Positions 25,291 through 38,976 of a stretch of DNA of 64,000 nucleotides are shown here, piece after piece. Origin of the DNA: Octopus sinensis (lineage: Eukaryota); assembly GCF_006345805.1 (NCBI RefSeq), contig NC_043002.1:43028001-43092000 (forward strand), written 5' to 3'. The first letter of the stretch is position 1. The number at the start of each line of letters is the position of its first letter. The notes under the pieces are model-generated. The model ran no database searches. It saw only the letters and a list, made by a program, of their open reading frames with translations, and was not told the DNA's origin. The position numbers and the translations under genes are program-made.

Positions 25291-27344
25291 AGGTTTCAAC
25301 GAATTAAGTGATGTACAAGTAGAAGGAAAAACGTTTATTTAAACCTATAGGTGACATGATGCCAAGTTCGAATATGAAACGATGTTCCTTCCGATTCCCT
25401 GACAATATGATTCCATGGTATGCAGTGATGCTGCACACTAACAAATGAATGCTGGCTGACCTGTAGTGTTGAAGTGGTTGGCGACAGGTTGATCTGACGT
25501 TCATTTAACAGTTTTCCCTTTCCGTCTTCGTTATACTTCATTACATTTAAAGTTGGGTTTTAAGCCAACATTATAACAAAATTTCTGATCGCTTTATGTC
25601 GTTCTGCTGTAATTCAACTCATGGCAACAATAGAAGGGTTGGGCATTGCTAGAGAAAACAGCTTTCAGAAATTTTGTCATATGCTTATCAACTAAATAAA
25701 TGAAACAGAATTGCTTTAGCTGCATGGAAGAAATTACACCAAGAAATACTGGAATAGAAAAATAGCTCGCGACCTTAGTTCGAGTAGTCTGATACATTAT
25801 CTCCTAGGTCATTTCGTTTTATATTCACCTATATGTGTGTTGAATATCTAGCTGTGCAGCGAGATAACACACATTTCACCATCTTTATTTTTAGGTGACA
25901 TAATTAAGATTTCTTTTTATTAAGTTGCTGGAATATAACTTTAATAGTTTAGAAATTCACTTCAAAATTGTCAATCCCAAGTTCGCGTCCACTACGCAGA
26001 AATTTCGATCATATTTCATTTACTTCTTTCTTACCATCGAATCGAACAAAACCTTGTAAGTGAAATTAGACAGACAGAAAATGTGCAGAAGCCTGTTGGA
26101 TGTTCCGTTTCTGTGATTCAAAAGGTTGACTTCATTGCATACTGTGTCTCGATAATTCAACTTCGGGATGATATTAATGGTACAAGTGTCTGTTCCAGCC
26201 ATTACACTATGAATAAATGAGTGGTAGTTCAGTTATTCGAGCAGCTAGAATACTCATAGTAGAAACCAATGGAAGATCCATTAATTTTACTTACTTCACA
26301 TAAGGATTCAGATGAGAGGATACGATAAAATTACTTCTGTCAATTATTCAGCTCACCTCTCGAGGCAATAGAAAGGGGAGAGCTGAAAATCTACTCCTGG
26401 ACATCTATTTTCAACTAAGAGAGAATGGCCCCTGAGAATTAAGTGGATTCAACTTTTGATGACGTCAGAAAATAATAAAAGAATATATAATAAACATAGG
26501 CAATCTGCGTCACGACAGTTAGAAACAAATTTTACGTCACGACAATTAGTTAGCCATCTATTAAATATGTTAAAAGATCCCTTTATAAAAATTATGCATA
26601 ATAGATTACACTGTGTGACACGATTTTTGTTCTTGGGTAGCAATTCCTATTTCCTATTTTCTTCCCCCGGGGAAGTATGAAAAATGGATAATATTTCCTT
26701 CAAACTTTGCTATACTAACTAAAGATAAAAAAGAAAAATTGTGTTACACTGCGTTAAACAGTGCTAGATGAAAAGCAATTATAATTAATGGCTTATTTGG
26801 GACTGAAATAATTAAATGTACGTTTATGAGAATATCTCAATGTAAAATTACTTTTACAATTCAATAATGCTAATTTAAAAGTAATTATATAATACATTTT
26901 CCCAAGCAAAGATCACATTTAAAATTACTAGTACTGTACGATGGTGAGTTACTAATAATGACACACTTTAAATTATAGTTTATGTTTCTGCCCTTTAAAT
27001 CTCATTTGCTTGTGAATTTATGCACGTGCGTATTTGTATGTACGTATACATGTATGTATGTACATATACATATGTTTATATATATATATATATATATATA
27101 TAATGCACGCACTCACACACACACACACACATATGTAACTCTAAGTAAATGCTATAGACAAACCGTAATTAAATTCTTGGTTCGATAGTGATTCGAGTGA
27201 AAAGTCTAATATGGGTCTTGTATTAGCATGCATATATATATTAGACAAAATGGGATAACAAAACCAAGAATAAGCAAAAAAATGTTGGACAAATACCAGT
27301 CGTCAGGGAGAGATTAAACGTCAACTTATAGTCCTTTACAAGTG

Positions 27345-29040
27345 AAGTTATAACATGGTTCCATCTCTTAAACAACAAAAACTCTTATTCTTACTTACAA
27401 TTCGATATAAATAATTACTACTCTTCTATTTCTCCCAAACTTCTTAATCGAGCTCTTGTTCTAGCTAGGAACCTAACTCACTAGAAGTTAACATAATCTT
27501 TAATGCCCGTAAAACCCTTATTTCTTTTGAGGACAAACTCTGGTGCTGGGCCAATCACCATAACAATACCAATAACCATAGCGATTTATTTGACATTACC
27601 ATGGGATCATCCAGCTCCGCCCAGGTCACCGACCTCGTTAGACTATACATACTCCACCAACTCCAAATATATTTCCCTAACCTCAAGGGAGGCCTCTACA
27701 GAGATGACGCATTCCTAGTTACCAAGAGCGTAAATAAATCCTCTTTAGAACGAGCTAGAAAAGATCTAAACAAATTTTTCTCTAGCCTAAACCTGTCTAT
27801 TACTTTTGAAAATTCCCACAAAACTACTAACTTTTTAGACGTAACTTTAAACTTAGAAACCTCCCAATATTCCTCTTATCACATACGTAACCAATACCTT
27901 AAGTGCCTGAATATTCATTCCAGTCACCACAATCCACCTTTGATAACTTAGTCCAGGGTATCTCGATCCGTATATCTGACTTCTCTTCCAATTAGGAGTA
28001 TTCAATAGCCACGCACCATATCACAACCAAGCGCTCGCTCCCAGTGGCTTCTCCCAACAAATAAAATACATCCCTAATACTAAGCTCAAGCAACATATAT
28101 CTCAAATCACATTGTAATGACACACCAACCATCAGAATCACAACAGACCACACATACACTACGCTAGACCTCTGGGAGAGCCCGCATTTAAACAATCTAG
28201 ACCCCACACGCATACATATAACGCTATGTCAAAAGCTAAAACAGCTAACAACAACGGGCCATTCTAACCCCCCTCGATTTTCCAAAAATATAGATAGCAC
28301 TTCTCCTAAGCACCCAAAAAAGTGGTGGACGCTCTATTCTATGGTATACACTCCCCTTCTCACTAAACGGTAAGAACTTATCTAACTCCTTCTTTAATAT
28401 ACTGGACCCCAACTTCCCTCGTCAACATAAATATTATTCAATCTTTAATAGATCTACCCTGAGCTATCCTATTCCACTCCTCCCAACTTCGAACGAAAGC
28501 TTTCTTTCTACTATCAAAACTCACACTATAACAACTCTGACTACACGAGCACCCAACATATACACAGCTCCAGCATTGAACCACACACGTTAGACCACAA
28601 CCATAACTCAAACTATCCTATTAACACTATCCAGAATACTGCCACAACTTCCACCACCGTTACAGATAGAATAATTAACTACAACAATATCAATAATAAC
28701 GATAATAGTAATAATAATACTAATAACTCAGACCTTTCTACCCCAATTTCTAACCTCTATTCTGAGAGTATTCCCTCCTCCATTCCTGAAATTAGTCCCC
28801 AAAACACACCCGCTTGTAAACCCCGTCCTGGGTCCATCTGCCCTCTACAAACCCATTGTAGAAGATGTAATGTAATTTATAAATGCACCGTCCTCAACAC
28901 ATTACACAATTCTACAGTTATATATAGGATCAATCATAAATTTTAAACAGCGATATGCCGCTCATCTCAATTCTTTTAGATACGAGAAACACAGTAAATT
29001 CAAAACATTCGCCAGTCACATACATCATCTCAAAATTTGA
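27345..29040 (+). mobile_element. Penelope-like retroelement, 5'-truncated and disrupted (RT + GIY-YIG endonuclease)
   Basis: Manual translation gives QFDINNYYSSISPKLL, FDITMGS, GLYRDDAF, TTNFLDVTLNL (PLE-type RT), then CPLQTHC..NVIYKC..VYIGS..FKQRYAAHLNSF (GIY-YIG) ending at TGA 29038-40. Frameshifts and stops lie in between. Confidence 0.85.
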
Positions 29041-29061
29041 AGCCTATATGAAGAGCTGAGA

Positions 29062-29265
29062 CAAGGTAACCAGCTGGCAGAATCGTTAGCTCGCCGGGCA
29101 AAAAGCTTAGCGACATTTCATTCGTCTCCACGTTCTGAGTTCAAATAACGCTGAGGTCTACTTTACCTTTCATACTTTCATAATCTATTAAAATAAGTAT
29201 CAGTTGAGTGCTGGGGTCGATGTCTCTTCCCCCAAAATGACTGAGCTTGTGCTGAAATTTCAATT
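29062..29265 (+). mobile_element. SINE family A with 18-bp TSD
   Basis: TSD CTATATGAAGAGCTGAGA at 29044-61 and 29266-83, just after the Penelope ORF stop. Confidence 0.85.
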
Positions 29266-31145
29266 CTATATGAAGAGCTGAGATGGCCGAATGGATTCCT
29301 AAATCACAAAATCAAACCTACTACAAATGTTTCGTTATGATTCTGAGAAAACATTATTGGATGGAACAATACTATTTCACATGTCAGTTAACTTTACTGT
29401 TGAGAACAAATTTCAAGAGAAAAATCACTCGAACAAATTTCATCCCGCCATTCCACTTTGTCTAGACAGTGTGACGATGGCTGATGTAGGAAACAGCCTA
29501 TTATTTTATATTAAATTGATTCATTGTCGTCAGACTTTCACCATTGTACGAACATTTTCGGTATACCTACACAAGTGTGCCTCCACCCGATTTTGTTTCT
29601 TCATAACCTCCAGAAAAATGAATAATTTTTAATGAAATATTCTACAAATACTTTATAGATGGTGTTCGGAATTTAACGTTAAAAAGAAAATGAGGAACAC
29701 ATACAAATACCTACAGACACACAGCACATATACAACTATAAAACTAAATTTGATATTTTGAAAAAGTTATGTGATGTGCGTCAGTGTATGTATGTGCGCA
29801 CCACCATATATAAATATAGATGTGTTTTGCTTTTTTTTTAGATATAAATTCCAATATAATCGTAATTGTATTATCTGAAAAGTATTTATAGAAAATTTTA
29901 TTAAAATATACCCATTTTTCCGAAAGTTACACGGAAACAAATTCGAGATAAGGGAATTATCCGAAACGCTACCTCACACTTCAAAAAGAAGGTTTTTTTT
30001 TCCCCCCCGCAACAAATTCCGATATAACTGGAATCTACACCATCTGAAAGGTATTTGTAGAAAATTTCATTAAAAAATATCCATTTTTTCTGTAAAGCCA
30101 AGTCGGAGATGGGGTACGCTTGTGTAGGTATGCTATATTTTCTCCACCTACGAAGAATATCTACAAACATTAGTCATTGAACTAGGTTTCACGCATATTT
30201 GTATTTTCGGTGAAGTGTAAAGTAGCATGTATGAATGAGATACTCTTTCCGAACAATAACCTAAGCACATAAGTAAAACGGTTTAAAGCAGAAATTAAAA
30301 CGAGATTCAGTAGCAATGATATTTAAGAACAATAAACTTCTACATGGTCACTATATATCCTAGAAATTACAGCCCCCCACCTTTTTACTAAAGGACAAAT
30401 TAGATTAGTAATCCTAGACATCTTAAATGTAATGATGGGTGAAACGGTTATAGCTGGAATGCTATAGTACTGCTCAATCAAGGCTGACCTAGGGCTAAAC
30501 TACAATACCATCAATAGCAGCAACATTAGTCAAAACTATTGCTTCTCAGTGATATTATATTTCTTTGAAAGATGCTATCATTGAAAGTGATATTGTATCT
30601 TTTATGTTAATGACGTCTTCCGCAGGAAATGCTATCAATGATATTTCTAAGTTGAATTACATCACAGATACTTTTGCAGATTTATGATATATTTCGATAC
30701 CAGTTCAAACTACAACTACTCAGTTTTAAACCACATCCTAGCTAGTTGTAAAGAAACATGAGAAAATCCTGTGGTCTAGTTATAAATCTTGTTATTTGGA
30801 GATATACAAAAATGTGGGTCATGACTTGTAGACTTTCTGACTTTGTTTTTTCCCTTGGAATAAAATTAAATACAGTGATATATTGGGGATTAATTTCATG
30901 AATTTGATACCACCCGTAACATTTTGTGGCATTGGGAACCATCGAGAAGCCTCAATGTGGCCACTCGAACTAGAAATAGTAAAATTTTCCTTAAATTACA
31001 TCTTGTGCATTTTTTAAAAAATGGCATATTGGAGAATATAATCCAGAAATGCCTGACAAAATAAAACGAGGGGGGGGTCATATCTGGAATACCTTTGATT
31101 GTATTGATTTTAGTTAAGGCTGACCTGGAGTTAAGCATCAAAATA

Positions 31146-31711
31146 TTGGGTTGTGCGGAAAGTTCATGCCGATTTATAGTAGCTTACATTTCGACTTATT
31201 TTAGAACATGGTTGAATCCATAAAATAGGATTTGACTACACCTCCATTTAGAGCACAGTTTAAGCTATCTTTTCGTGGAAGTAGGTTTATGTTCCTATAA
31301 CCTGTGTTAATTCTGTAACCCTTTAAAATGGAAGATAAGAAAGTTCATTTTCGGCACTTGATGCTTTGGAAACCAGACAAAAATTGCTGCAGCTCAGCTG
31401 GGATGTGTTACCCCACCCTCAATATTCACCAGATATTGCTCCTTCGGATTTCCACTTATTCAGGTCTCTGCAGAATAGGCTTAATGGTAAAAATTTAAAT
31501 TCCTTGGATGACGTAAAAAGATACCTTGATGAATTCTTTGCCATGGAACCACATCAATTCTGGAAAGAAGGTATTTTCAAGTTAAAGGAAAGATGGAGAC
31601 GCATTGTGAAACAAAATGGTTCATATTTGGTTGATTAAAAATGTAATGGCAAGTATTTATTGACCTTTTTCTTTCCTTTAAAAATCGGCACGAGCTTTCC
31701 GGACAACCCAA
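31146..31711 (+). mobile_element. Internally deleted mariner element (566 bp)
   Basis: 30-bp TIRs (27/30 match) with TA TSD. N-terminal MEDKKVHFRHLML is joined directly to the C-terminal fragment LPHPQYSPDIAPSDFHLFRSL..GSYLVD. Confidence 0.9.
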
Positions 31712-31980
31712 TATATGTAGTTTTAGGAAACACTGTATGTTTTTTCTTATTCTCTGAGTTTGATAACATAGGTTACTAGTTATATATTGCTTCAGTTCAC
31801 GTGGCAAAAGCCATTTGCTTACAAATGTGCGGTCTTTTACCAATCTGACGAATCAATGATATTCTGGGAGCGATTCGAATAATACTCGATTATCTTGTAA
31901 AAATTAGTCTAATACATAAATTAAAAAGAATTGATGTAAAATGTAGAGTAGAAATTTCATTTTTTTTTTTCTTATTACAG

Positions 31981-32032
31981 CTATGTGCAACAATGAAGTA
32001 TTGCTCTCAGATTTGAGATTTTGTTGCTACTG

Positions 32033-32078
<46 letters not shown>

Positions 32079-32700
32079 CACACACACACAAACATATACA
32101 CACACACAGATATCCTAGACAGCTTCCAGAAAAGGGTCACTGGACTGGTTGGCAAAGTCACTCGCAAACCCGCTCCAGTCACTGACCCACAGGTGTGCTG
32201 TCATCTCTCTCTCTCCCTCCCCCCTGTGTCTCTCTCTCTCTCTTTCCTCTCTTTCTCCCACACTCTTTTCCACACACACTCTCTCCCCCTTCTATCTCAC
32301 GCACTGTCTCTTACACTGTCTCCCACACCTTCTCTCTCTCTTTATCACACGCCCATCCCCACACTCTCTTCTCTCTCTTTCTTACACACTCTCTCCTCTC
32401 TCTTTCTCACACGCTCTCTCTCACTCTTCCCTTTCTCACACGCTCTCTCCCACACATTTACTTTTCCTCTCTGTCTCGCACACTCTCTCACTCCTCTTTT
32501 TTCACACACTCTCTCTCTATCTCTCGATCTCTCTCTCACGCACACACACACACACTCACTTTCACTCACTATCCCCCTCCTTCCCTTTCTCCTCTCTCTC
32601 TCCCTCTCCCCTCTCTCTCTCTCTCTCCCTTCCCCCTCTCTCTCTCACTCTGCCTTTTCTACCGCTTCTACTATGACATTTTGCTCCTCGAAACTAGGTA
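31981..32700 (+). mobile_element. CR1/Jockey-like LINE RT C-terminal fragment split by two microsatellites
   Basis: MKYCSQI*D..AAH[(CA)n]TDILDSFQKRVTGLVG..LQSLTHRCAVISL[(CT)-rich tract]CLFYRFYY matches the MEYCSHIW..LDRIQKR..L.HRR.V.SL.LFYR pattern. Confidence 0.7.
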
Positions 32701-32989
32701 GGCTCAAACCACATCCGTTCAGTCTTAAATATTTTTGTTCACAAGTTAATTCGATCAAGGCTAATCTGGGGCTGATAAAGTCATCAAATTGCATGGCACA
32801 TTTTATGCGGTTATTGATGTAGCTGTTTAGCTGCTCAGATCAATTCTAAATTAATCGGTCTTCGATCAAGGCATTCCAACAATGACCACCTCGTCTTTTT
32901 TCCAAGAATATATCCATGAGCCACACGGTTGAAAAGTGAACTTCTTAACCATATTATTGTGTTTTTTTTTGTTTTTTTTTTAACAAAAA

Positions 32990-33099
32990 ATGCTTGCTTC
33001 CCAACCTCAGGGTTCCGGCTTCAGTCCTACTGCGTAGCACCTTAGGCAAGTGATTTCTACTATAACATAGGTCCGGCCAAAAAGAAGTCCGTCGTCGTC

Positions 33100-33145
<46 letters not shown>

Positions 33146-33385
33146 TATATATATAGGTATATCTATGCGTGTGTGTGTCTTTCTGTCCGTGTTCATCCAC
33201 CTAGCATTTGAGAACCGGTGTTGGTGTGTCTGCATTTCCGTAACTTAGCAGTTCGGCAAAAGAAACCGATAGAATAAATACCAGGGTTAAAAAAAAACAA
33301 GTACTGGAATCGATTCATTCGACTAAAAGTTCAAGGTGGTGCTCCAGCATGGCTGCGGCATAATGAGTGAAATAAGTAAAATACA
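32990..33385 (+). mobile_element. SINE family B
   Basis: Family B consensus. Confidence 0.7.
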
Positions 33386-33548
33386 GTAAACAATAATCAA
33401 AAAATAGACTTGGTTAATTTGATAAAGTTGTTTAATCCCTCAAGCTGGCCCAAACATTAGCAAACCGGCCATTTCTTCCAGTTTTACGTTGAGTTCAAAT
33501 TCCAATGAGGCCGACCTTTTCTGTTATCCTTTCGCGGTCGATATAATA

Positions 33549-35240
33549 CGAAGTGGTATGAAAAAGTTCCCGAACTAGTTACGTTTAATAAAAAAAAATA
33601 ACTTATTTACCTAAATTTTAATATAATCTTCTTCGAAATAGTCCCTTTGCGCAGTATACACCAGTCCTACATTCTTGCAACTTTTGGAATACGGGGCCTG
33701 GAAGTCGTTTTCCGTAAGCGAGTCGAGGACCTTCGGTGATTCGCTCTGGATCTCGACAACGGTGTTAAAACGGCGACCTTTGACCTGCATTTTTTATCTT
33801 GGGGAAGAGGTGGAAGTCCGCTGGTGCTAAATTTGGCGAATAGGGCGGATGCGGAAACGATGCCATGTTATTTTTGATGAGAAATTCACGACTGAGGAGA
33901 GATCGGTGACAGTGTGCATTGTCGTCGTGAAGAATCTAATACACTGCGCTCCACAGATCCAGTCGCTTTCACTGAATGTCCTTTCCTCACACGCTTCAAA
34001 ATGTCGCAGTAGAACTCTCAATTAACGGTCTGGTTTCGGGGGGCGAATTCCTGATGCAAAATACCGCAGATGTCGAAAAAAAAAAACGATGAACATGCTC
34101 TTGATTAGGCTGCGGCTCTGTCGTGCCTTCGTCAGTTATAGATGAGATGAAGGCGTCTTCCATTGTGACGACTGCTACTTCGTCTCAGGGTCGCACCCGT
34201 AGACCCAACTCTCGTCCCTCGACATGAAGGATGCGATGTTCTTTCTGACTTCGATGCGATGTTCTTTCTGCTCTGTGATCAGCAGGCGGGAGGCAAACTT
34301 AGCAGAGACATGCCACATGATCAATTCAGATGCTAGGATTGTCTGCACGGATCCATACGACAGACCAACAACATCAGCAATTTCGCTGATTGTCCTCTGA
34401 CGATTCTCATACACAAGCTGATGTATTTTCTCCACATTTCCAGAGGTGAAACTTGTGACAGGTCTTCCAAATCGCTCATCGTCTTCCAGGGACATTCTTT
34501 CGCTTTTGAAGCATCCGTGCCACTCGAAACATGGCGTACGACCCAATGCCCCGTCGCCGTAAGCTTGCCGAAGCATGCTCAATATCTCTGTTGCAGACTT
34601 CCCAAAGCAAAATTTTGTGTTGGTTCTTTGTTCCAACTTCCTGTCCATGACAAAATCGCAGACAACAGCATACACATTCACTTTTTACACTTTTACTTGT
34701 TTCAGTCATTTGACTGTGGCCATACTGGAGCACCGCCTTTAGTCGAGCAAATCGACTCCAGGACTTATTCTTTGTAAGCCTTGTACTTATTCTATCGGTC
34801 ATTTTTGCCGAACCGCTAAGTTACGAGGACGTAAACACACCAGCATCGATTGTCAAGCAATGTTTGGGGGACAAACACAGACATACAAACATATACACAC
34901 ACACATACACACAAATATATATATATATACATATATACGACAGGCTTCTTTCAGTTTCGGTCAACACATTTCCACTCTCAAGGCTTTGGTCGGCCCGAGG
35001 CTATGGTAGATGACACTACTTGCCCAAGGTGCCACACAGTGGGACTGAACCCGGAAACATGTAGTTCGTAAGCAAAATCACAAAATCACAAATTTCACAA
35101 CTTGCGAAGGGAACACAGTGATGTCATTCGGTACACTGTCTCATGAAGGTCACAGATAGCTCTCAGAGCGCACACACCTATATGCTGCCATCTGCTGGCG
35201 CGCTACGAAACTAGTCCGGGAACTTTTTGATACCACCTCG
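33549..35240 (-). mobile_element. Near-full-length mariner (DD34D) element with TIRs and TA TSD; transposase disrupted
   Basis: TIRs cgaagtggtatgaaaaagttcccgaactagt / actagtccgggaactttttgataccacctcg, with TA on both sides. Transposase ~34648 to 33611 (MDRKLEQR..HTH; SRDESWVYG; HDDNA-34 aa-PYSPNLAPAD) with stops and frameshifts. SINE inserted at ~34680-35075. Confidence 0.9.
34680..35075 (-). mobile_element. SINE family B nested in the mariner element
   Basis: Family B consensus between the mariner 5' TIR region and the transposase start. Confidence 0.8.
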
Positions 35241-35924
35241 TAAGTACCACTTGATGTACCAATTGAGCAATGCGATGGATGTAATCAACTTGTTTCAGGC
35301 CTTGTGTCTATAGCAGAAAGAATTAATCAAATTTAAACTTAATAAACAATACAATTCCTAAATATCTTGAAAACTAATCGTACCTGTAAGATACTGTTTT
35401 TTGACGGCCGGTGTCATAATAGATCGCAGTTTTCTACCATGAAAAATTTCAAATATTCATTGTCATTGTTTTAAATAGTTTTCAGATAACAAGAAACGTG
35501 AAACTTTATTAATGACCCTATTTTGATCATTATTCACTGTCAAGAGCTATCAAAAAAGTTGTTTATCTTAAGCTAATGACAACCGCACCTTTTACATAAA
35601 TATCTTACATTCTAGGTGAGGAATCAGGTTATGAAAAAAATAATTAATGTATATTGTTTTGTATTTTTTTTTTATCAGTTTTTATTTACAGTCTGTATCA
35701 GATTCATTGTTTGTTGTTACGCAGAAGTGTGTACTGAGGCGTCAAAAAATGAAAAGGAACTGAAAAAATAAAAAGAAACTTGTTTATTGAAGATAAAAAG
35801 AGAATGGGATATCAATTTTTTTTCTTGTTAATGTTCATGTTTCATTTATTTTTATAAGTATCGTATTTTTATTTTTAATAAATATATTTTCTTTTTTACA
35901 AACATTCACCGAAATGTATTGATT

Positions 35925-36303
35925 TCAAATTTTGGTACAAAACCAACAATTTCGGGAGAGGAATAATTTGATTACATCGACCCCCAATGCTGAACTGGTA
36001 CTTATTTTATCGACTCTGAAAGGATGAAAGACAAAGTCAACCTCGGCGGAATGTGAACACCGAACGTAAAGAGGGGAAATGCTGCTAAGCACTTTACCCG
36101 GCGTGCTAACGATTCTGCCAACTTATCGCCTTTCTTTAGCGAAATATATTGGCTTCAAATTTTGGCACAAGGCCAGCAATTTGTGGGTAGGGGTAAGTCG
36201 ATGTAATTTATCCCAGTGCTCAACAGGTACTTATTTCGTCGATTCCGAGAGGATGAAAGGCAAAGTTGACCTCGGCGGAATTTGAACTCGGAGCAGCTTG
36301 CCG
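35925..36303 (-). mobile_element. Two tandem SINE family A copies
   Basis: Two reverse-complement family A bodies (~35925-36130 and ~36140-36303). Confidence 0.75.
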
Positions 36304-36339
36304 CCTTCTTTTTTTACCGTAATATATTGATATCTTCCA

Positions 36340-36927
36340 TCTTTTACATGATTCAGTCACTGGACTGTTGGACTTCAGCCATGCTGAGGCACCACCTTGA
36401 AGGGCTTAGACAAACGATTTGGCCCCAGTACTGGTACCTATTGTGTCGGTTTCTTCTTGCCGAACCGGTAAGCTGCCAGGGCGTAGACAAACCAATACTG
36501 ATTGCTAAGGATGGGAGAGGGTTTAACACAAAATTCAAGGACACACACATAGATATGTACACACATATAAACATACCTACAAACAAGCATAAATATATAT
36601 GTGTGCGTGTATGTGTGTATGTATGTATGTGTGTGCGTGTATGTGTGTGTATGTATGTGTGTGTATGTGTGTATGTATGTGTGTGTATGTGTGTATGTAT
36701 GTATGTAATTATGCATGTACAGTATGTGTGTGCGTGTGTGTGTGTGTGTGTGTGTGAATATGTATGCAACGAGTTGCAGTTTCTGTCTACCAAATCCATT
36801 CACAAGAATTTGATCGGATCAGTGCTACAGCAGAAGACACCTGCCCAAGATGCCACGCAGTGGGACTGAACCCGGAACCATATGGTTGGGACGTAAACTT
36901 TTTACTACACAGCCACGCCTGCGCTAT
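36340..36927 (-). mobile_element. SINE family B with expanded internal (TG/TATG)n
   Basis: Family B consensus on both sides of the microsatellite. Confidence 0.75.
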
Positions 36928-37852
36928 GTATTGATTTTAAAACAGACACAAGCCCATACATATTGAAAGCCATTGTAATGGATTTGATCATTTCCGTACA
37001 TCTTCATTAATCAATGACCCCGTTGACAGTGATTTTCATTAATCAATGACCCTGTTGACACCGCCATTCCTTTTCCTAAACTACGCTCTCTAGTTCATTC
37101 CAAGTGTACCCCCTCCTCCTTGACATTCGCTAGTCGAACCTTAACTGAAGTAATTTTTTGTTGACGTCTTCTCCGTTTTCCTTGGAAATTCATGAAAGAT
37201 CCAGCCTTACAAAGTTCGTTACTCGTTTGTGAGCCATCTGCCCAATCTACTTTTACTGCCTCCTCTTTATCTCTTGTTCAGATTGCAGTACCTGACTGAT
37301 TCTTCTTTACTTTATGGACACGGGGAGATGAAAAACAAAAGCGGAGCTTCATGTGATTTGAACTCAGAACGTAAAAAGGAAATCTAACAATGATTTATAT
37401 GAAAGGTACAAAGCCTCTTTTCGTTCCGTTGTACTTTACTCCTACATTATTTTATCGACGCAGTAAAGATGAAAGAAAATTACAACAACAACAACAACAT
37501 TTTAATGGGTATCAGGAACAATTTTACAACTCATTCACTCTTCCTCGATTGCTCGATAAAATACATAGACACTAGTCAAAATCTAAGGTCAAATCCAGCT
37601 AGTTATACTTCCTTTTCTGAGTAACTTAATGTCGTTTTAAGACATTTTAGAGAGTATCATCACTGTTGACGGGTGTCTTGGTTGATTCATAATTTGTAAA
37701 AAATACTTTCGTGAAATAATTGTAGCAGATATTCTAAATAAGGTTCCGGCTCCTGTTCACGCAATAAACTCCAAGATAATAAATGTTTATCATAGTTACC
37801 TTAGTAAAGTAAACTGGAAATTGTGGCATGTGAATACGTGAATCAATGGATG

Positions 37853-37892
<40 letters not shown>

Positions 37893-38976
37893 CAATTGCT
37901 TGCTTCGACGACAGAATTAGTTGACCGTCTCTTCCTGACAAGTCTGTATTATTATAGTTTAGGATTCTAAGAATCAGAAGTAAATTGCGCTAATAACCGA
38001 AAGTGACGATAGTGATATCCTATAATTTCTTAGAGAACGTAAATAATTCCTTCATTATGTTACGTCCACAGTTATCTACATGTATAGTACATTCTAGTGA
38101 GGTGTTCGCTCCAAAGTACTATAACCAACAAAGAGACCACCGAGAAGGCAGTTCGGTATAGCCAACACAGCTACATGTGAGTATATAATCCTACATGACT
38201 ATTGAGATATCGAGAAAGAAACGACGAGACTGATGGCATTGTTCCTGTCAGTTCACATAAAGTATAAGAGCTTTTATGGGGTGGGGAGGGGAAAGAGCCA
38301 TTTAACTCTATCAACAATAGTTCAATTGATGTACATATGTAAGAGACTATTCGCAGGAAGGAAATGATTTTTTTTTTAAACTGGAAGTGCGTTATAATAC
38401 AATGGTTTGTAACGGGATTGGTACAATTTCCAGAGAGATGTTTTGAGCTGCACTTGGAAACTCATTAACAGCTCAGTAAATTGAATGATACAGGATGTCC
38501 CGTTAACGTGGAAACAAACAAATTTAAACCTTTACACCAAAAATATCACTGAGGAGAGTGGCATGGAAGTCACTGGGTAATAGAAAGAGGCACAGGGAAA
38601 TGCTGCTTGACTGAGGTCCTTAATCGCACGCACAAAACACTTTGGCCCATTATAAGACATTAGATACCAATAGGAACACATTCAATATCCGGTGAGTAGA
38701 TTTCCTAAGTGGATCTCAACAATTTCTATACTCATGGAGTTGTCAATTTCATTGACCCAAACGACGATAGCACCCATGTACAGACGATAGATGGGTGATG
38801 GATGACTTGCTAAGAAAATTAGGAGGCAATATTAAATTAACATCATATCTTTAAATATATGTATAGCAAAACAAATTTAGAGAACGTGAAAAGCTATTCT
38901 CGTGAATCTCATTTCGGGCATAAATGACTGTTATGTTTTCCCATATACGTGTTTGTTTTCATCTTATATAAATATA

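Noticed and set aside
31983-32822. Longest ORF (279 aa) as a protein-coding gene
   Set aside because: Mostly (CA)n and CT-tract translation inside a dead LINE fragment.
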